Positions 30,147-43,370 of a DNA stretch of 64,000 nucleotides are shown here, piece after piece. This stretch comes from Gammaproteobacteria bacterium (GTDB lineage: Bacteria > Pseudomonadota > Gammaproteobacteria > Eutrophobiales > Eutrophobiaceae). Location of the stretch: assembly GCA_963422205.2 (NCBI GenBank), contig CAXMWX010000005.1:160001-224000 (forward strand), given 5' to 3'. The position numbers were made by a program, and so were the translations under genes. The notes under the pieces are model-generated. The model worked only from the letters and a program-made list of their open reading frames with translations, ran no database searches and was not told where the DNA came from. Position 1 is the stretch's first letter; each line of letters opens with the position of its first letter.

Positions 30147-30653
30147 TTAACCGGTAATGTCCTCAATACGCTTGCCGCGCTTGGCGGCGATATAGTCGGG
30201 CGAGACCATCGATTCCAGACCTTTCACTGTCGCCCTGACCACATTCACCGGGTTAGTCGAACCGATGGATTTGGCCAGCACATTATGAATGCCGACACAC
30301 TCAAACACGGCACGCATGGCACCGCCAGCGATGATACCGGTGCCTTCCGATGCCGGCTGCATGTAGACTTTTGCCGCCCCGTGGGTGGCGGTGATCGGGT
30401 ATTGCAGGGTGGCTTCGCTTAATGGCACTGAAATCATATTGCGGCGCGCCCTCTCCATTGCTTTTTGAATGGCAACCGGTACTTCCCGCGCCTTGCCGCG
30501 ACCAAAACCAACACGACCATTCCCATCACCGACCACCGTCAATGCAGTAAACCCAAAGATACGGCCGCCTTTCACGACCTTGGCAACCCGGTTTACCGCC
30601 ACCAGTTTCTCCAGGAATTCGTCGTTACCTGTAATGGATTCTGTCACTGCCAT
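30147..30653 (-). CDS. rpsE: 30S ribosomal protein S5
   Basis: [26 protein letters not shown]. Confidence 0.98.
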   Translation of the reverse strand: MAVTESITGNDEFLEKLVAVNRVAKVVKGGRIFGFTALTVVGDGNGRVGFGRGKAREVPVAIQKAMERARRNMISVPLSEATLQYPITATHGAAKVYMQPASEGTGIIAGGAMRAVFECVGIHNVLAKSIGSTNPVNVVRATVKGLESMVSPDYIAAKRGKRIEDITG

Positions 30654-30662
30654 TTCTTGCTC

Positions 30663-31016
30663 CTAAAACTGCATGCCCTGTTCCCGGGCAGCCTCGGCCA
30701 ATGCCTTTACCCGACCATGATACTTAAACCCTGAACGATCAAACGCCACCCGGGTCACGCCGGTTTTTTTTGCCCGCTCGGCGATCGCCCTGCCAACGAT
30801 AACAGCGGCATCGGTGTTACCGCTGTAGTTTATCTGGCTACGCAACTCCTTATCCAGAGAAGAGGCGCTGGCGAGCACTTTTGCCCCCTGTGCATCCAGC
30901 ACCTGTGCATAGATATGGCGCGGTGTACGATAGACACACAAACGTGATTCACCCCGCCGTTTTATATGTGTACGTGCCCGGCGGGCGCGTCTTAATCTTG
31001 CGGATTTCTTGTTCAT
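30663..31016 (-). CDS. rplR: 50S ribosomal protein L18
   Basis: [18 protein letters not shown]. Confidence 0.98.
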   Translation of the reverse strand: MNKKSARLRRARRARTHIKRRGESRLCVYRTPRHIYAQVLDAQGAKVLASASSLDKELRSQINYSGNTDAAVIVGRAIAERAKKTGVTRVAFDRSGFKYHGRVKALAEAAREQGMQF

Positions 31017-31027
31017 GGCATCTGCCT

Positions 31028-31561
31028 TTATGCCTTCTTGGCCTCTTTACGGATAATCTGCTCATCAGCATAACGTACACCTTTGCCTTTATATGGCTCA
31101 GGCGGCCTGTACGCCCGGATATTGGCGGCCACCTGATGCACCTGTTGTTTGTCTGCCCCCTTGATGATGATGTCAGTCTGGCTTGGGGTCTCAATAACCA
31201 CGCCTTCAGGCACCGGAAAATCCACCGGATGCGAAAAGCCCAAACTAAGACTGACGCTGCTCGCCTGGGCCTGGGCACGATAACCGACACCGATAATTTC
31301 CAGCGTGATCTGAAAACCCTCAGTCACACCCGTGACCATGTTCTGCACTATCGCCCGGGTAGTACCAGCTAAGGCCCTGGCTGACTTGGACTTGTCTTTT
31401 GCTGAGACCTGTAATTGCCTGTCCGTCTTGTTCACCTCAACCAGGGCATGCAACTGATGCTGTAACTCACCGTTGCCGCCTTTCACCTTCAAGACAGCAC
31501 CCGCTATATTCACATCCACCCCTTCAGGGATCTGCACAGGATGATTCGCTATTCGTGACAT
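31028..31561 (-). CDS. rplF: 50S ribosomal protein L6
   Basis: [24 protein letters not shown]. Confidence 0.98.
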   Translation of the reverse strand: MSRIANHPVQIPEGVDVNIAGAVLKVKGGNGELQHQLHALVEVNKTDRQLQVSAKDKSKSARALAGTTRAIVQNMVTGVTEGFQITLEIIGVGYRAQAQASSVSLSLGFSHPVDFPVPEGVVIETPSQTDIIIKGADKQQVHQVAANIRAYRPPEPYKGKGVRYADEQIIRKEAKKA

Positions 31562-31570
31562 GATCGGCCT

Positions 31571-31978
31571 TCACGCAACAATACAGATAATCTCGCCACC
31601 AACGCCCTGCTGGCGCGCATGGCGATCAGTCATCATGCCTTTGGAAGTGGAGACAATGGCAACGCCCAAACCACCCTGCACTGCCGGCAGGGAGCCGACT
31701 GGGCGATACTGCCGGAGGCCAGGGCGGCTGATTCGCTTCAACAGGGCGATCACCGGCTTGCCTTCAAAATATTTCAACTCAATAGTCAGTTCGGGTTTCA
31801 TTATCTGCTGATGGGCATGTTGCCGAATCTCAAAGTCGGTGATATATCCTTCTTCTTTTAAGATGGAAGCAACCGCCACCTTCTGCTTTGAAGCCGGCAT
31901 GGTGACCTGGCGTTTTGCCCGTTGCTGGCCGTTACGGATACGGGTCAACATATCCGACAGTTGATCTTGTAAACTCAT
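31571..31978 (-). CDS. rpsH: 30S ribosomal protein S8
   Basis: [21 protein letters not shown]. Confidence 0.98.
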   Translation of the reverse strand: MSLQDQLSDMLTRIRNGQQRAKRQVTMPASKQKVAVASILKEEGYITDFEIRQHAHQQIMKPELTIELKYFEGKPVIALLKRISRPGLRQYRPVGSLPAVQGGLGVAIVSTSKGMMTDRHARQQGVGGEIICIVA

Positions 31979-32013
31979 AGGCTTGCTCTTCTCATTAACT
32001 TGTCACTAACTTC

Positions 32014-32319
32014 TCACCAGCTTGCTTTAACCAGGCCCGGAATATCACCGCGCATGGCCGCTTCGCGTAATTTATTTCTGGACAGGCCAAACTTCCGGTA
32101 ATAACCATGGGGTCGACCGGACAAGGCGCAGCGATTACGCAAACGGCTTTTGCTGGTGTCTCTTGGCATCTTGTTCAGCGTGATATGCGCTGCTTTACGC
32201 TCCTCTTCGCTCAACGACATATCTTTGATGATTGCCTTAAGTCCTGCCCGTTTGTTCGCATATTTTTCTACCTGTCTGCGCCGCCTGGCTTCCCGGTTGA
32301 CCATGGATGCTTTTGCCAT
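32014..32319 (-). CDS. rpsN: 30S ribosomal protein S14 (101-aa form)
   Basis: [24 protein letters not shown]. Confidence 0.97.
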   Translation of the reverse strand: MAKASMVNREARRRRQVEKYANKRAGLKAIIKDMSLSEEERKAAHITLNKMPRDTSKSRLRNRCALSGRPHGYYRKFGLSRNKLREAAMRGDIPGLVKASW

Positions 32320-32350
32320 AATGCGTTATCTCTTGTTAAGGTTAATTCGT

Positions 32351-32890
32351 TTATTGCCGAACAGGAAATTTAAAGGCCAGTAACAGGGCCTTCGCTTCTT
32401 CGTCTGTTTTTGCGGATGTCGTGATCGTAACATCCATGCCTCGTAGCTTGTCGATCCTGTCATAATCAATTTCCGGGAAGATGATCTGCTCTTTCACGCC
32501 CATGCTGTAATTGCCTCTGCCATCGAAAGCACGCGGGCTTAGACCACGAAAATCACGAATGCGCGGGATCGCTATGCTGATCAAGCGATCCAGAAATTCA
32601 TACATTCTTTGTCTGCGTAATGTGACCTTGCAGCCATTGGGATACCCTTCTCTTACCTTAAAATTAGCAACAGATTTTCTGGCGTTGGTTACCACCGGCT
32701 TTTGCCCGGCGATCAAAGTCATATCCTGTAGCGCATGTTCAATGACTTTTTTATCAGCAACCGCTTCACCCAGGCCCATGTTCAAGGTGATCTTGGTAAT
32801 CCGCGGCACTTCCATCACGGATTGATAAGCAAACTGCCCGGTCAACTTTGCGATGACCTCGGTCTTGTAGAATTCCTGTAATCTGGACAT
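32351..32890 (-). CDS. rplE: 50S ribosomal protein L5
   Basis: [23 protein letters not shown]. Confidence 0.98.
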   Translation of the reverse strand: MSRLQEFYKTEVIAKLTGQFAYQSVMEVPRITKITLNMGLGEAVADKKVIEHALQDMTLIAGQKPVVTNARKSVANFKVREGYPNGCKVTLRRQRMYEFLDRLISIAIPRIRDFRGLSPRAFDGRGNYSMGVKEQIIFPEIDYDRIDKLRGMDVTITTSAKTDEEAKALLLAFKFPVRQ

Positions 32891-32944
32891 GGCCTGCTCT
32901 GCTGTTAAATCTGTTCGTCTGACTTGCCTTGTGCTTAACGCGTA

Positions 32945-33265
32945 TTAAACGTCAATCACCTCATTGGTGGATTTAAAGTAACGCACCTTGGTGCCATCTT
33001 CCAAAAACCTGAACCCGGCCCGGTCAGCCTTGTTGGTCACCGGATTGAAGATAGCCACATTAGACACATCAATCGGCATTTCTTTTTCAATGATGCCGCC
33101 CGGTATGCCCTGCACAGGGTTGCCCTTGGTGTGGCGCTTCACGGTATTGACATTCTCCACGATGACTTTTGCTTTCGCTGTTATCACAGCGAGCACGACA
33201 CCGCGCCTGCCCTTGTCTTTGCCGGCAAGCACGATGACCTCATCACCTTTTTTAATCTTGTTCAT
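32945..33265 (-). CDS. rplX: 50S ribosomal protein L24
   Basis: [18 protein letters not shown] motif. Confidence 0.98.
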   Translation of the reverse strand: MNKIKKGDEVIVLAGKDKGRRGVVLAVITAKAKVIVENVNTVKRHTKGNPVQGIPGGIIEKEMPIDVSNVAIFNPVTNKADRAGFRFLEDGTKVRYFKSTNEVIDV

Positions 33266-33275
33266 GCACTAATCG

Positions 33276-33644
33276 CTAAAGGACTTCCGGTGCCAGAGAG
33301 ATGATCTTCATAAAGTTCTCACTTCGCAATTCTCGTGTCACCGGGCCAAAGATACGTGTACCTATCGGCTGTCGCTGATTATTCAGCAACACAGCAGCAT
33401 TGCTGTCAAAACGGATCAGTGAACCGTCAGGACGCCGTATGCCCTTGCGGGTACGGACAACAACGGCATGATACATTTCGCCTTTTTTCACCCTGCCGCG
33501 TGGAATGGCCTCTTTTACACTGACCTTGATTATATCACCGACCCGGGCATACCGGCGCTTCGAACCACCTAATACCTTAACACACATGAGCCGGCGTGCT
33601 CCGCTGTTATCAGCAGCCTCTAAAACGGTTTGCATCTGGATCAT
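33276..33644 (-). CDS. rplN: 50S ribosomal protein L14
   Basis: [21 protein letters not shown]. Confidence 0.98.
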   Translation of the reverse strand: MIQMQTVLEAADNSGARRLMCVKVLGGSKRRYARVGDIIKVSVKEAIPRGRVKKGEMYHAVVVRTRKGIRRPDGSLIRFDSNAAVLLNNQRQPIGTRIFGPVTRELRSENFMKIISLAPEVL

Positions 33645-33680
33645 GTTCGCATTCCAATTATCAGTCGACCGGCAAAACCC

Positions 33681-33962
33681 TTAGACTTCCTGGGCCCTGG
33701 TGATGATTTTTTGCAGCCGCCAGGCCTTCCTCCTGGAGATGGGTCTGGAGGACTCGATCACGACCATATCACCTTCATTGCATTCATTATGTTCATCATG
33801 CGCCAATAGTCGGGTTGAACGCCGAATATATTTCCCATACAGCGGATGCTTGACTGTCCTTTGAATTAACACTGAAACAGACTTGTCCATCCGGTTACTG
33901 ACCACCCGACCAGTCAAGGTTCTTGATGTTCTTTTGGGGGGCGTTTTTGCAGCCTCATTCAT
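33681..33962 (-). CDS. rpsQ: 30S ribosomal protein S17
   Basis: [26 protein letters not shown]. Confidence 0.97.
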   Translation of the reverse strand: MNEAAKTPPKRTSRTLTGRVVSNRMDKSVSVLIQRTVKHPLYGKYIRRSTRLLAHDEHNECNEGDMVVIESSRPISRRKAWRLQKIITRAQEV

Positions 33963-34168
33963 TCAACTCGCTCGCTATCGTTTGCTTTCATTTCATGCAG
34001 CACGGTTTTGATTCGTGCAATATCGCGCCGCACCTGCTTGAATTCACTGGGTTTGCCAAGCTGGCCTGAGCCTTTCTGCATACGCAGGTTAAACAACTTG
34101 CGCCAGCAGTCGCCAAGCATGGTGTTTAACTCCTCCGGCGTTTTATCTCGTAAATCCGCTGCTTGCAT
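33959..34168 (-). CDS. rpmC: 50S ribosomal protein L29
   Basis: FNLRMQ...[10 protein letters not shown]; S10 operon position. Confidence 0.96.
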   Translation of the reverse strand: MQAADLRDKTPEELNTMLGDCWRKLFNLRMQKGSGQLGKPSEFKQVRRDIARIKTVLHEMKANDSERVE

Positions 34169-34582
34169 TTATAACATCGTCCGGTTCACAAACGTTGTCT
34201 TTACCGGCAGCTTGGCGGCGGCAAGCCGGAATGCCTGACGTGCCAGCTCCTCAGATACACCTTCAATTTCATACAACATCTTGCCAGGCTGAATCTGTGC
34301 TACCCAATACTCCACATTACCTTTCCCGCCACCCATTCTGACTTCCAGCGGCTTTTTGCTGATCGGCTTATCCGGGAATATCCGTATCCATAGCTTGCCG
34401 CCGCGCTTCACCGTACGTGTGATGGTGCGTCTTGCCGCCTCAATCTGGCGGGCAGTAATCCGGCCGCGCCCAGCCGCCTTCAGGCCATACTCACCGAAGC
34501 TGACCTTGTTACCGTTAAAGGCCAGGCCCCTGTTTCTGGACTTGCTCTGTTTTCTGAACTTTGTTCTTTTCGGCTGTAACAT
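34169..34582 (-). CDS. rplP: 50S ribosomal protein L16
   Basis: [18 protein letters not shown]. Confidence 0.98.
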   Translation of the reverse strand: MLQPKRTKFRKQSKSRNRGLAFNGNKVSFGEYGLKAAGRGRITARQIEAARRTITRTVKRGGKLWIRIFPDKPISKKPLEVRMGGGKGNVEYWVAQIQPGKMLYEIEGVSEELARQAFRLAAAKLPVKTTFVNRTML

Positions 34583-34598
34583 GTATGCACCTTATCCC

Positions 34599-35273
34599 TC
34601 AAGATGAAGCGGTTTGTGCGGCTTCCTCTTCCTGCTTCTCTTCCCGGCTGAAAACCTCACCTTTGAATATCCACACCTTCACGCCTATCACACCATAAGT
34701 CGTGCTGGCCCTGGCAAGGCCGTAATCAATATCAGCACGCAGGGTGTGTAATGGGACACGTCCTTCTCGGTACCATTCAGAGCGGGCGATCTCGGCACCA
34801 TTCAAGCGACCAGCAACATTGATCTTGACGCCCAACGCCCCCAGGCGCATGGTATTCGTGACAGCACGTTTCATCGCCCGGCGAAACATAATACGTCTCT
34901 CGATCTGCTGGGCAACACTCTCAGCAACTAAATGTGCATCCAGTTCAGGCTTTCTGATCTCCTCCACACTGACACTTGCACGCACCCCCATCATCGTGGA
35001 GACTTCCTGGCGCAACTTGTCGATGTCCTCACCTTTTTTACCAATCACAATGCCAGGGCGGGCGGTATGAATGATCACATGGGCATTATCGGCATGGCGT
35101 TCGATCTGAATACGACTGACAGACGCATTCGCCAGTTTACTCCGAAGATGCTGGCGCACTTTAAGATCCGTATGCAGATAAGCCGCATATTCCTGTGAAC
35201 CGGTAAACCAGGTTGACGTCCAGTCTTTAATAATGCCCAGACGAATACCTGTCGGATGAACTTTTTGTCCCAT
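34599..35273 (-). CDS. rpsC: 30S ribosomal protein S3
   Basis: [30 protein letters not shown]. Confidence 0.98.
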   Translation of the reverse strand: MGQKVHPTGIRLGIIKDWTSTWFTGSQEYAAYLHTDLKVRQHLRSKLANASVSRIQIERHADNAHVIIHTARPGIVIGKKGEDIDKLRQEVSTMMGVRASVSVEEIRKPELDAHLVAESVAQQIERRIMFRRAMKRAVTNTMRLGALGVKINVAGRLNGAEIARSEWYREGRVPLHTLRADIDYGLARASTTYGVIGVKVWIFKGEVFSREEKQEEEAAQTASS

Positions 35274-35278
35274 AAGCG

Positions 35279-35617
35279 TTACTCTTCTGCCCCTGCCACA
35301 GTCACGCTAAGATGACTGGTTCTTTTGATAATCCTGTCGGCCCGGCCTCTGGCTCTGGGGCGTAATCTTTTCAACGTCGGCCCCTGATCAACCATGATGG
35401 CCGAGACGGTCAGCTCATCAATATCAGCCCCATCGTTGTGTTCGGCATTGGCAATCGCCGATTCCAATACCTTCTTGATAATGACCGCCCCTTTTTTATT
35501 GCTGAAGTTCAGGACATTCAGCGCCTTGTCCACTGACAGACCGCGGATCTGATCGGCCAGCAGGCGTAACTTTTGCGGGGCGATGCGCGAATGTCTCAAT
35601 CTTGCTGTTGTCGGCAT
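35279..35617 (-). CDS. rplV: 50S ribosomal protein L22
   Basis: [21 protein letters not shown]. Confidence 0.98.
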   Translation of the reverse strand: MPTTARLRHSRIAPQKLRLLADQIRGLSVDKALNVLNFSNKKGAVIIKKVLESAIANAEHNDGADIDELTVSAIMVDQGPTLKRLRPRARGRADRIIKRTSHLSVTVAGAEE

Positions 35618-35623
35618 GAGTCT

Positions 35624-35896
35624 TTAACCTGTTTTTCTGTCGCCCGCATGCTCGCGGAAGGTACGTGTCAACACAAATTCGCCCAGCTTGTGACCGACCA
35701 TGTTCTCGGTGATAAAGACCGGCAGATGATCCCTGCCATTGTGTACCGCAATCGTCAGCCCGACCATATCCGGCAGGATCATCGAACGCCTGGACCAGGT
35801 CTTGATGGGGCGCTTGTCATTCGATTTCCTGGCCTGCTCCACTTTTTTGAGCAAGTGATGATCCACAAACGGGCCTTTTTTAATTGAACGTGGCAT
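35624..35896 (-). CDS. rpsS: 30S ribosomal protein S19
   Basis: [19 protein letters not shown]. Confidence 0.98.
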   Translation of the reverse strand: MPRSIKKGPFVDHHLLKKVEQARKSNDKRPIKTWSRRSMILPDMVGLTIAVHNGRDHLPVFITENMVGHKLGEFVLTRTFREHAGDRKTG

Positions 35897-35912
35897 CGGT
35901 ATCCTCTGGCTG

Positions 35913-36734
35913 TTACTTGCGTTTACGGACGATCATCGTGTTGGTGCGTTTGTTCTTGCGGGTCTTAAAACCCTTGGTGGGGTTGCCCCAAGGCGTCACC
36001 GGATGCCGGCCACCTGAAGTACGCCCCTCACCACCCCCATGTGGGTGATCGACCGGGTTCATTGCCACCCCGCGCACGGTCGGCCGGATACCACGCCAGC
36101 GCTTCGCCCCGGCTTTACCGAGCTTACGCAGGGCATGCTCACTGTTGCTGACGCTGCCGATCGTGGCACGACACTCCAGCGGCAGCTTACGCATTTCACC
36201 TGAGCGCAGGCGGAGCGTGGCGTGTGCGCCCTCGCGGGCAACCAACTGGACACTGGCACCGGCACTTCTGGCAAGCTGGGCGCCTTTACCCGGCTTCATC
36301 TCAACACAGTGCACCACGGTGCCAACCGGAATATTTCTGATGGGCAGCGCATTACCTGTATCAATCGGCGCTTGTGAACCTGACAGCACTTCATCGCCTG
36401 CATTGATGCCCTCCGGGGCAATAATGTACCGTCGCTCGCCATCGGCATAACATAGCAAGGCCAGATAAGCGGTGCGATTGGGATCGTATTCCAGGCGTTC
36501 CACTCTGGCCTTGATGCCATCTTTATCACGCTTAAAATCAACCAGACGATAGCGCTGTTTGGCACCACCGCCGCGGTGTCTGACAGTGATCCTGCCGTTG
36601 TTGTTACGGCCGGATTTTTTGCTCTGCATCTCAAGCAAAGGCGCATACGGCTTGCCTTTATGCAGATGTTTATTGACGATATGCACCATGGCCCGACGGG
36701 CGGGCGATGTCGGTTTTGATTTAACTAATGCCAT
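35913..36734 (-). CDS. rplB: 50S ribosomal protein L2
   Basis: [20 protein letters not shown]. Confidence 0.98.
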   Translation of the reverse strand: MALVKSKPTSPARRAMVHIVNKHLHKGKPYAPLLEMQSKKSGRNNNGRITVRHRGGGAKQRYRLVDFKRDKDGIKARVERLEYDPNRTAYLALLCYADGERRYIIAPEGINAGDEVLSGSQAPIDTGNALPIRNIPVGTVVHCVEMKPGKGAQLARSAGASVQLVAREGAHATLRLRSGEMRKLPLECRATIGSVSNSEHALRKLGKAGAKRWRGIRPTVRGVAMNPVDHPHGGGEGRTSGGRHPVTPWGNPTKGFKTRKNKRTNTMIVRKRK

Positions 36735-36757
36735 GAGCTTTACCTGGTCTGTCCTGT

Positions 36758-37051
36758 TTAAGCGCCGACAAAGTCGATATCAAAGCCGGGCTTTAATGTC
36801 ACATAGGCTTTTTTCCAGTCAGCACGCCGACCACGCTTCATCTTGAAAGTCTTGCGCTTGCCTTTGACATTGCTGGTCTGCACCGACTGCACTTGTACTT
36901 CAAACATCTCCTCCACCGCCCGTCTGATTTCCGGCTTGGTCGCATCGCTTAGCACCCGAAAGACAAACTGCTTGTACTTATCACCAAGCAAGGTGGATTT
37001 TTCAGTCACCCTGGGCTCCAGCAAGATGCACATCAGCCTTTCGTCTTTCAT
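36758..37051 (-). CDS. rplW: 50S ribosomal protein L23
   Basis: PRVTEKS, KPEI, WKKAYV. Confidence 0.97.
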   Translation of the reverse strand: MKDERLMCILLEPRVTEKSTLLGDKYKQFVFRVLSDATKPEIRRAVEEMFEVQVQSVQTSNVKGKRKTFKMKRGRRADWKKAYVTLKPGFDIDFVGA

Positions 37052-37665
37052 GAGAGCCAGGACTCCACTTTCTCAATGGCTGCCTGTGTGATTAATACGT
37101 GTGCAAAGGCAAGCAGACGATAGGGATCAAGTGCCTGCATGGCAATGACATCCACCCTGGGCAGATTGCGGGTGGCGAGATACAGATTCTCACTCACTTC
37201 CTCTGTGACCAGCAGCACATCCGTCAAACCGAGGGCCTTCAGCATGGCTGACGCCGCCCGGGTTTTCGGTGCCTTGAACTCCACAGTATCGATAGCGCTC
37301 AAGCGTTCCTGCCTGGCTAACTCTGACAAAATGACGCGCATTGCACCACGATACATTTTCTTATTGACCTTGAGGCGATGATCACGGGGCCTGGCTGCAA
37401 AGGTGACACCACCACCTCGCCAGAGCGGGCTGCGGATAGTGCCAGCACGCGCCCTGCCAGTGCCTTTCTGACGCCAGGGCTTACGACCACCGCCGCGCAC
37501 AGCGGCGCGGTTTTTTTGCGCTTTTGTCCCGGCCCGTGAGGCTGACATAAAGGCACTGAGCACCTGATGCACCAAGGCTTCGTTGTAAGCGGCGGCAAAC
37601 ACGGCATCAGAGACTTCAAGTCTGGCCGGGGTTTTCCTGCCCGCCTTGTGTAATACCAGTTGCAT
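37048..37665 (-). CDS. rplD: 50S ribosomal protein L4
   Basis: [22 protein letters not shown]. Confidence 0.98.
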   Translation of the reverse strand: MQLVLHKAGRKTPARLEVSDAVFAAAYNEALVHQVLSAFMSASRAGTKAQKNRAAVRGGGRKPWRQKGTGRARAGTIRSPLWRGGGVTFAARPRDHRLKVNKKMYRGAMRVILSELARQERLSAIDTVEFKAPKTRAASAMLKALGLTDVLLVTEEVSENLYLATRNLPRVDVIAMQALDPYRLLAFAHVLITQAAIEKVESWLS

Positions 37666-37668
37666 GGG

Positions 37669-38307
37669 CTATGCCTTCACCGCCGGTTTGATGATGACCC
37701 GGCCACCCTTGGCGCCAGGCACTGAGCCTTTTATCAAAACGAGATGACGCGCAACATCCACTTTCACGACTTCCAGGTTCTGGACAGTGCGCCTGACATT
37801 ACCCATCTGTCCTGCCATTTTTTTACCCTTGAACACCCGACCCGGCGTCTGACATTGCCCGGTAGAACCCGGGGCGCGATGCGCCAGTGAGTTACCGTGC
37901 GTGGCACGTTGGGCACGGAAATTATGCCGCTTAATCACCCCCGCATACCCCTTGCCAATCGTGGTGCCAACCACATCAACCTTCTGCCCTTCAGCAAAGA
38001 TATCCACCGTAAACTCCTTACCGGGCGCCAATGCGTCAGCTTCACTGCCGGTCAGGCGAAACTCGATCAAGCCTTCCGCATTATCAACCCCGGCTTTTGC
38101 CAGAGTCCCTGCGGCTGGCTTACTGATCAGATGGCGGCGTTTACTGCCATGAGCAAAATGCACCGCACGATAACCCTCTTTTTCCACATCGGTCAGGCGA
38201 ATGAGGCGATTGGGAACCGCTTCGACCACAGTGACAGGAATGGACCGGCCTGCTGCCGTGAAGATGCGGGTCATGCCGCGTTTTTTGCCTACCAGTCCAA
38301 TACTCAT
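37669..38307 (-). CDS. rplC: 50S ribosomal protein L3
   Basis: [29 protein letters not shown]. Confidence 0.98.
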   Translation of the reverse strand: MSIGLVGKKRGMTRIFTAAGRSIPVTVVEAVPNRLIRLTDVEKEGYRAVHFAHGSKRRHLISKPAAGTLAKAGVDNAEGLIEFRLTGSEADALAPGKEFTVDIFAEGQKVDVVGTTIGKGYAGVIKRHNFRAQRATHGNSLAHRAPGSTGQCQTPGRVFKGKKMAGQMGNVRRTVQNLEVVKVDVARHLVLIKGSVPGAKGGRVIIKPAVKA

Positions 38308-38349
38308 CTGCTTAACTCCACTATCTCTTCACTTATAAATCTAAGCCGG

Positions 38350-38667
38350 TTAATTCAGCTTAATCTGCACATCAACGCCAGCGGCTAACTCCAGCTTCAT
38401 TAGCGCATCAACGGTTTTGTCTGTCGGGTTGATGATGTCCATCAATCTTTTATGCGTGCGAATCTCATATTGATCACGGGCGTCTTTGTTGACGTGTGGG
38501 GAGATCAACACCGTGAACCGCTCTTTCTTGGTCGGCAAGGGAATCGGCCCTTTCACCTGCGCCCCGGTGCGACGTGCTGTTTCCACGATCTCCCGGGTGG
38601 ACTGATCGATCAGCCGGTGATCAAATGCCTTGAGCCGAATGCGTATATTTTGTTTGTTATCTGCCAT
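38350..38667 (-). CDS. rpsJ: 30S ribosomal protein S10
   Basis: [24 protein letters not shown]; start trimmed to 38667. Confidence 0.97.
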   Translation of the reverse strand: MADNKQNIRIRLKAFDHRLIDQSTREIVETARRTGAQVKGPIPLPTKKERFTVLISPHVNKDARDQYEIRTHKRLMDIINPTDKTVDALMKLELAAGVDVQIKLN

Positions 38668-38682
38668 ATTGCTTGTCTCTGA

Positions 38683-39892
38683 AGCCAACCCCATCCTTCA
38701 AGCTATTCAATAATGTTAGCGACTACCCCGGCACCCACAGTACGACCCCCCTCACGAATAGCAAAGCGCAAGCCCTCCTCCATCGCTATCGGGTTAATCA
38801 GGCTCACTACCAGCTTGATGTTATCCCCCGGCATCACCATCTCAGCCCCCTCCGGCAATTCTACCGCCCCGGTCACATCGGTCGTGCGAAAATAAAACTG
38901 TGGCCGGTAATTACTGAAAAACGGGGTGTGCCGGCCGCCCTCCTCTTTGCTCAATACATACACTTCGCACTCAAACCGGGTATGTGGCGTAATGCTGCCA
39001 GGCACACATAACACCTGCCCCCGCTCAACCTCTTCCCGTTTCGTGCCACGCAGCAACACGCCGACATTATCCCCCGCCTGCCCCTCATCTAAGAGCTTGC
39101 GAAACATCTCCACGCCGGTGCAGGTGGTCTTCATGGTCTCCTTAATCCCGACTATCTCTATCTCATCGCCAACCTTCACTATCCCGCGCTCCACCCGACC
39201 GGTCACTACCGTGCCCCGACCACTGATGGAGAACACGTCTTCTATCGGCAGCAGAAAGGGCTGTGAGACCGGCCGCTCCGGTACCGGGATGTAGGTATCC
39301 ATCGCCGCCACCAGCTTCTCTATCGAGGCACGGCCAAGCTCGCCCTCATCGCCCTCCAGGGCCTTCAATGCGCTGCCAGTGACCACCGGTGTCTCATCAC
39401 CAGGAAACTCATAGCTGTCCAGCAGCTCCCTCACCTCCATCTCCACCAATTCCAGCAGCTCGGCATCGTCCACCTGGTCGGCCTTGTTCATGTACACCAC
39501 GATCTTCGGTACACCCACCTGACGTGCCAGCAGGATATGCTCACGGGTCTGGGGCATCGGGCCATCCGCTGCGCTCACCACCAGCACCGCCCCGTCCATC
39601 TGCGCCGCACCGGTGATCATGTTCTTCACATAGTCCGCATGACCCGGACAATCCACATGGGCATAGTGGCGGGTCTCGCTCTCATACTCCACATGGGCTG
39701 TGGCTATGGTAATCCCGCGGGCGCGCTCCTCCGGGGCATTGTCTATCTGCTCGTAGGCCTTCGCCTCGCCGCCAAACTTCAATGACATCGTCTTCGTTAT
39801 CGCCGCCGTCAAAGTCGTCTTGCCATGATCTACATGGCCTATCGTGCCAACATTTACATGCGACTTCGTGCGCTCAAATTTCGCCTTGGACA
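38683..39892. repeat. ~1.2-kb direct repeat: tuf copy apparently identical to 55740-56949
   Basis: Same protein and identical alternative-frame ORFs in the ORF track at offset 17057. Identity extends 20 bp past the stop codon. Confidence 0.85.
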
Positions 39893-39893
39893 C
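38703..39893 (-). CDS. tuf: Elongation factor Tu (str-operon copy, GTG start)
   Basis: [29 protein letters not shown]. Confidence 0.99.
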   Translation of the reverse strand: MSKAKFERTKSHVNVGTIGHVDHGKTTLTAAITKTMSLKFGGEAKAYEQIDNAPEERARGITIATAHVEYESETRHYAHVDCPGHADYVKNMITGAAQMDGAVLVVSAADGPMPQTREHILLARQVGVPKIVVYMNKADQVDDAELLELVEMEVRELLDSYEFPGDETPVVTGSALKALEGDEGELGRASIEKLVAAMDTYIPVPERPVSQPFLLPIEDVFSISGRGTVVTGRVERGIVKVGDEIEIVGIKETMKTTCTGVEMFRKLLDEGQAGDNVGVLLRGTKREEVERGQVLCVPGSITPHTRFECEVYVLSKEEGGRHTPFFSNYRPQFYFRTTDVTGAVELPEGAEMVMPGDNIKLVVSLINPIAMEEGLRFAIREGGRTVGAGVVANIIE

Positions 39894-39948
39894 TGTTCTC
39901 TACCTCATTCGTTTGCAGTTGCTGTTATTTGCCCTGCTGCTCTCAAGT

Positions 39949-42051
39949 TTATTGGGGTTTACTGATAATTGCCTCGGCAATATTCGGGGGAACCGGGTTA
40001 TATTTGGCAAATTCCATCGTGTAAGTGGCGCGGCCCTGGGTTGCCGAGCGCAGATCCGTGGCGTAACCAAACATCTCTGACAGCGGCACCTCGGCGCGGA
40101 CGATCTTGCCCGCAGCGGAGTCCTCCGTACCTGAGAGTATGCCTCGGCGGCGGTTCAGATCACCGGTGACAGCCCCCAGATAATCCTCGGGCGTCACCAC
40201 TTCCACACTCATCATCGGCTCCAGCAAAATGGGGGCCGCCTGGCCAGCCCCTGCCTTAAACCCCATGGAACCGGCGATCTTGAAGGCCATTTCACTGGAA
40301 TCGACCTCATGAAACGAGCCGTCAAACAGAGTAACCTTGACATCCACCACCGGATAACCGGCAATCACCCCGTTGCCCATCTGCTCCTGAATTCCTTTAT
40401 CCACGGCCGGGATGTACTCTTTGGGAATTGCCCCGCCAACGATCTCATTAATAAACTCATAGCCGCTGCCGGTATCCTGCGGCTCGATCTTCAACACCAC
40501 ATGACCATACTGCCCGCGACCACCGGATTGCCGGACAAATTTTCCCTCGACCTTCTCCACCGGCTTTTTGATGGTCTCGCGATAAGCCACCCGTGGCTTG
40601 CCGACATTGGCCTCCACCTTGAACTCGCGCTTTAGGCGGTCAACAATGATCTCCAGATGCAATTCACCCATGCCGGAGATGATCGTCTGGCCGGATTCCT
40701 CATCGGTATGCACACGAAACGAGGGATCTTCCTGCGCCAGCTTGCCCAATGCCACCCCCATTTTTTCCTGATCGGGTTTCGTCTTTGGCTCAACGGCAAC
40801 CGAGATAACCGGCTCAGGAAATTCCATTCTCTCCAGCGTAAGCACGGCATTGTTATCGCACAGTGTGTCCCCGGTGGTGACATCTTTCAGGCCGACCGCC
40901 GCGGCAATATCGCCCGCATGCACTTCCTTGATCTCCTCGCGGCTGTTGGAGTGCATCTGTAACAGGCGACCGATACGTTCTTTTTTGTGTTTAACCGGAT
41001 TGAAAACCGCATCACCGGAATTCAACACGCCGGAATACACCCGAAAGAATGTCAAGGTGCCGACAAAGGGATCGGTGGCGATCTTAAACGCCAGGGCGGA
41101 AAACGGCTCGGCATCATCCGCATGACGTTCAGCCTCGGTTTCCTTGCCATCATCGAGAATGCCTTTGATGGCTGGCACATCCACAGGGGCCGGCAGGTAA
41201 TCAATAACGGCATCCAGCATCGCCTGTACGCCTTTGTTCTTAAAGGCCGACCCGCATAAGGTGGGGACAATTTCGTTGTTTAAGGTGCGTAGCCTGAGCC
41301 CTTCCCTGATCTGCGCCGGGGTCAACTCGCCTGCCTCCAGATACGCCTCCATCAACGGCTCGTTTGCCTCCGCCGCCGCTTCCATCATCTGCTCGCGCCA
41401 GCGTTCACAATCGACCAGCATCGCCTCCGGGATATCCTGCTCCTTAAACTTCACGCCCATGTTTTCCTGCTCCCAGTAAATGGCCTTCATCTTGATGAGA
41501 TCAACAATACCGGCAAAGCCATCTTCCGCCCCTATGGGTAATTGCACTGGCACCGGGTGGCTGCCAAGTCGGGTCTTTATCTGCTCAACCACGCGCAAAA
41601 AATCAGCGCCTGCGCGATCCATTTTGTTGACGAATGCCATGCGAGGGACGTGATATTTATTCGCCTGACGCCAGACTGTCTCAGACTGCGGCTCCACCCC
41701 GCCGACCGCACAAAATACCGCACAGGCCCCATCCAGCACACGCAAAGAGCGCTCTACCTCAATGGTAAAATCCACATGGCCGGGGGTGTCGATGATGTTG
41801 ATGCGATGCTCCTCAGCGTTGCCCTCCATACCACGCCAGAAGCAGGTGGTGGCAGCGGATGTGATGGTGATGCCGCGCTCCTGCTCCTGTTCCATCCAGT
41901 CCATGGTAGCGGCGCCATCATGCACTTCGCCGATCTTGTGAGACACACCGGTGTAGTAGAGAATGCGCTCGGTGGTGGTCGTCTTGCCAGCATCAATATG
42001 GGCCATGATGCCGATATTGCGGTAGCGTTCGATAGGGGTATGACGTGCCAT
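39949..42051 (-). CDS. fusA: Elongation factor G
   Basis: [31 protein letters not shown]; start trimmed to 42051. Confidence 0.98.
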   Translation of the reverse strand: MARHTPIERYRNIGIMAHIDAGKTTTTERILYYTGVSHKIGEVHDGAATMDWMEQEQERGITITSAATTCFWRGMEGNAEEHRINIIDTPGHVDFTIEVERSLRVLDGACAVFCAVGGVEPQSETVWRQANKYHVPRMAFVNKMDRAGADFLRVVEQIKTRLGSHPVPVQLPIGAEDGFAGIVDLIKMKAIYWEQENMGVKFKEQDIPEAMLVDCERWREQMMEAAAEANEPLMEAYLEAGELTPAQIREGLRLRTLNNEIVPTLCGSAFKNKGVQAMLDAVIDYLPAPVDVPAIKGILDDGKETEAERHADDAEPFSALAFKIATDPFVGTLTFFRVYSGVLNSGDAVFNPVKHKKERIGRLLQMHSNSREEIKEVHAGDIAAAVGLKDVTTGDTLCDNNAVLTLERMEFPEPVISVAVEPKTKPDQEKMGVALGKLAQEDPSFRVHTDEESGQTIISGMGELHLEIIVDRLKREFKVEANVGKPRVAYRETIKKPVEKVEGKFVRQSGGRGQYGHVVLKIEPQDTGSGYEFINEIVGGAIPKEYIPAVDKGIQEQMGNGVIAGYPVVDVKVTLFDGSFHEVDSSEMAFKIAGSMGFKAGAGQAAPILLEPMMSVEVVTPEDYLGAVTGDLNRRRGILSGTEDSAAGKIVRAEVPLSEMFGYATDLRSATQGRATYTMEFAKYNPVPPNIAEAIISKPQ

Positions 42052-42073
42052 GGGTATCATTCTGCCTCGGTAC

Positions 42074-42544
42074 TTACCAGCGATAATGCGAAAATGCCCT
42101 GTTGGCCTCGGCCATCTTGTGGGTATCTTCACGTCTTCTGATCGCTGTGCCACGATTGTCTGCCGCATCCAGCAACTCCCCGGCCAGGCGCAAGCCCATA
42201 TTTTTCTCGCCACGGTTTTTTGCCGCCCCCACCAGCCAGCGCATAGCCAGGGTCATGGCCCGGTCCTGGCGAACTTCTATCGGGATCTGATACGTTGCAC
42301 CACCCACGCGCCTGGATTTAACCTCCACCACCGGGCGCAGGTTGTGCAGCGCTTGATTAAACAACTCCAGCGAGTCTGCATTTCTCTTCCGGCCAATCTC
42401 ATCCAGTGCGCCATAGACGATCTTCTCGGCGATGGATTTCTTGCCGTGGCGCATCAGCATATTGATAAACTTGGCCAGCACTTTATCGTGATATTTCGGG
42501 TCGGGCAGAATTTCCCGCTTCTCTGCAACTCGTCTTCTGGACAT
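42074..42544 (-). CDS. rpsG: 30S ribosomal protein S7
   Basis: [28 protein letters not shown]. Confidence 0.98.
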   Translation of the reverse strand: MSRRRVAEKREILPDPKYHDKVLAKFINMLMRHGKKSIAEKIVYGALDEIGRKRNADSLELFNQALHNLRPVVEVKSRRVGGATYQIPIEVRQDRAMTLAMRWLVGAAKNRGEKNMGLRLAGELLDAADNRGTAIRRREDTHKMAEANRAFSHYRW

Positions 42545-42575
42545 GGCTGGCGACTTACCAAGGTTATAATGTGGG

Positions 42576-42950
42576 TTACGATTTGGGTTTCTTGGCGCCG
42601 TATTTGGAACGCGCCTGGCGCCGGTCGGCAACGCCGGAAGTATCCAGGGTGCCGCGCACGGTGTGATAGCGCACACCGGGCAGGTCCTTCACACGTCCAC
42701 CGCGGATTAAAATGACCGAGTGTTCCTGGAGGTTATGACCTTCTCCGCCGATATACGTGGTCACTTCCTGGCCGTTGGTCAAGCGTACCCGCGCCACTTT
42801 ACGCAGGGCCGAATTGGGCTTTTTCGGCGTGGTGGTATACACCCGGGTACAGACCCCGCGCCTTTGCGGACATGCCTGCAAGGCGGGCACATTGCTCTTG
42901 GCCTTTTGCCGCTTCCTTGGCTTTCGCACTAACTGGTTGATCGTAGACAT
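42576..42950 (-). CDS. rpsL: 30S ribosomal protein S12
   Basis: [23 protein letters not shown] (wild-type streptomycin-sensitive Lys residues). Confidence 0.98.
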   Translation of the reverse strand: MSTINQLVRKPRKRQKAKSNVPALQACPQRRGVCTRVYTTTPKKPNSALRKVARVRLTNGQEVTTYIGGEGHNLQEHSVILIRGGRVKDLPGVRYHTVRGTLDTSGVADRRQARSKYGAKKPKS

Positions 42951-43325
42951 AAAAATACAACTTCCTCTCACTTTTATTGTAAATAAACCCGGCTTTTTCA
43001 AAGCAAAAATACGCCACAGGGACGGCCGCCCATCAAGCCGAATGGGTCATGTCAGTTATGAGAATTTGAACAGATACGCTTCATACGCATTAAAGATACG
43101 TCTCTGTCCCCTAAAGCCACTACGATACGGGTGACTGTGCAGCACGGGTGCTGCCATTTTTCAGCATAAAGCGGCTGACAAAATAACGAAAAACCTGCCT
43201 GTTGCAGATCTTCCTCGCCCTAAAAACCGATTGCCTGAAAACGACTGGATTAAACGGGCGCTTATTTTAAGGAGTCGCTTAATCTACCGGGCTAAAACCA
43301 CATTACCCCAGTAAAAAAGAGCGGA

Positions 43326-43355
43326 ATTGTATGGCCTTCACAGTACGGCTGTCAA
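43326..43355 (-). promoter_or_regulatory. Sigma70 promoter of the str operon
   Basis: TTGACA-N18-TACAAT followed by GC-rich TCCGC discriminator, just after the rpoC stop. Confidence 0.7.
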
Positions 43356-43370
43356 GCCTCAAATATCCGC

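Noticed and set aside
31790-31830. Short QHAHQQ loop extension in S8
   Set aside because: About 5 extra residues in a variable surface loop; not distinctive.
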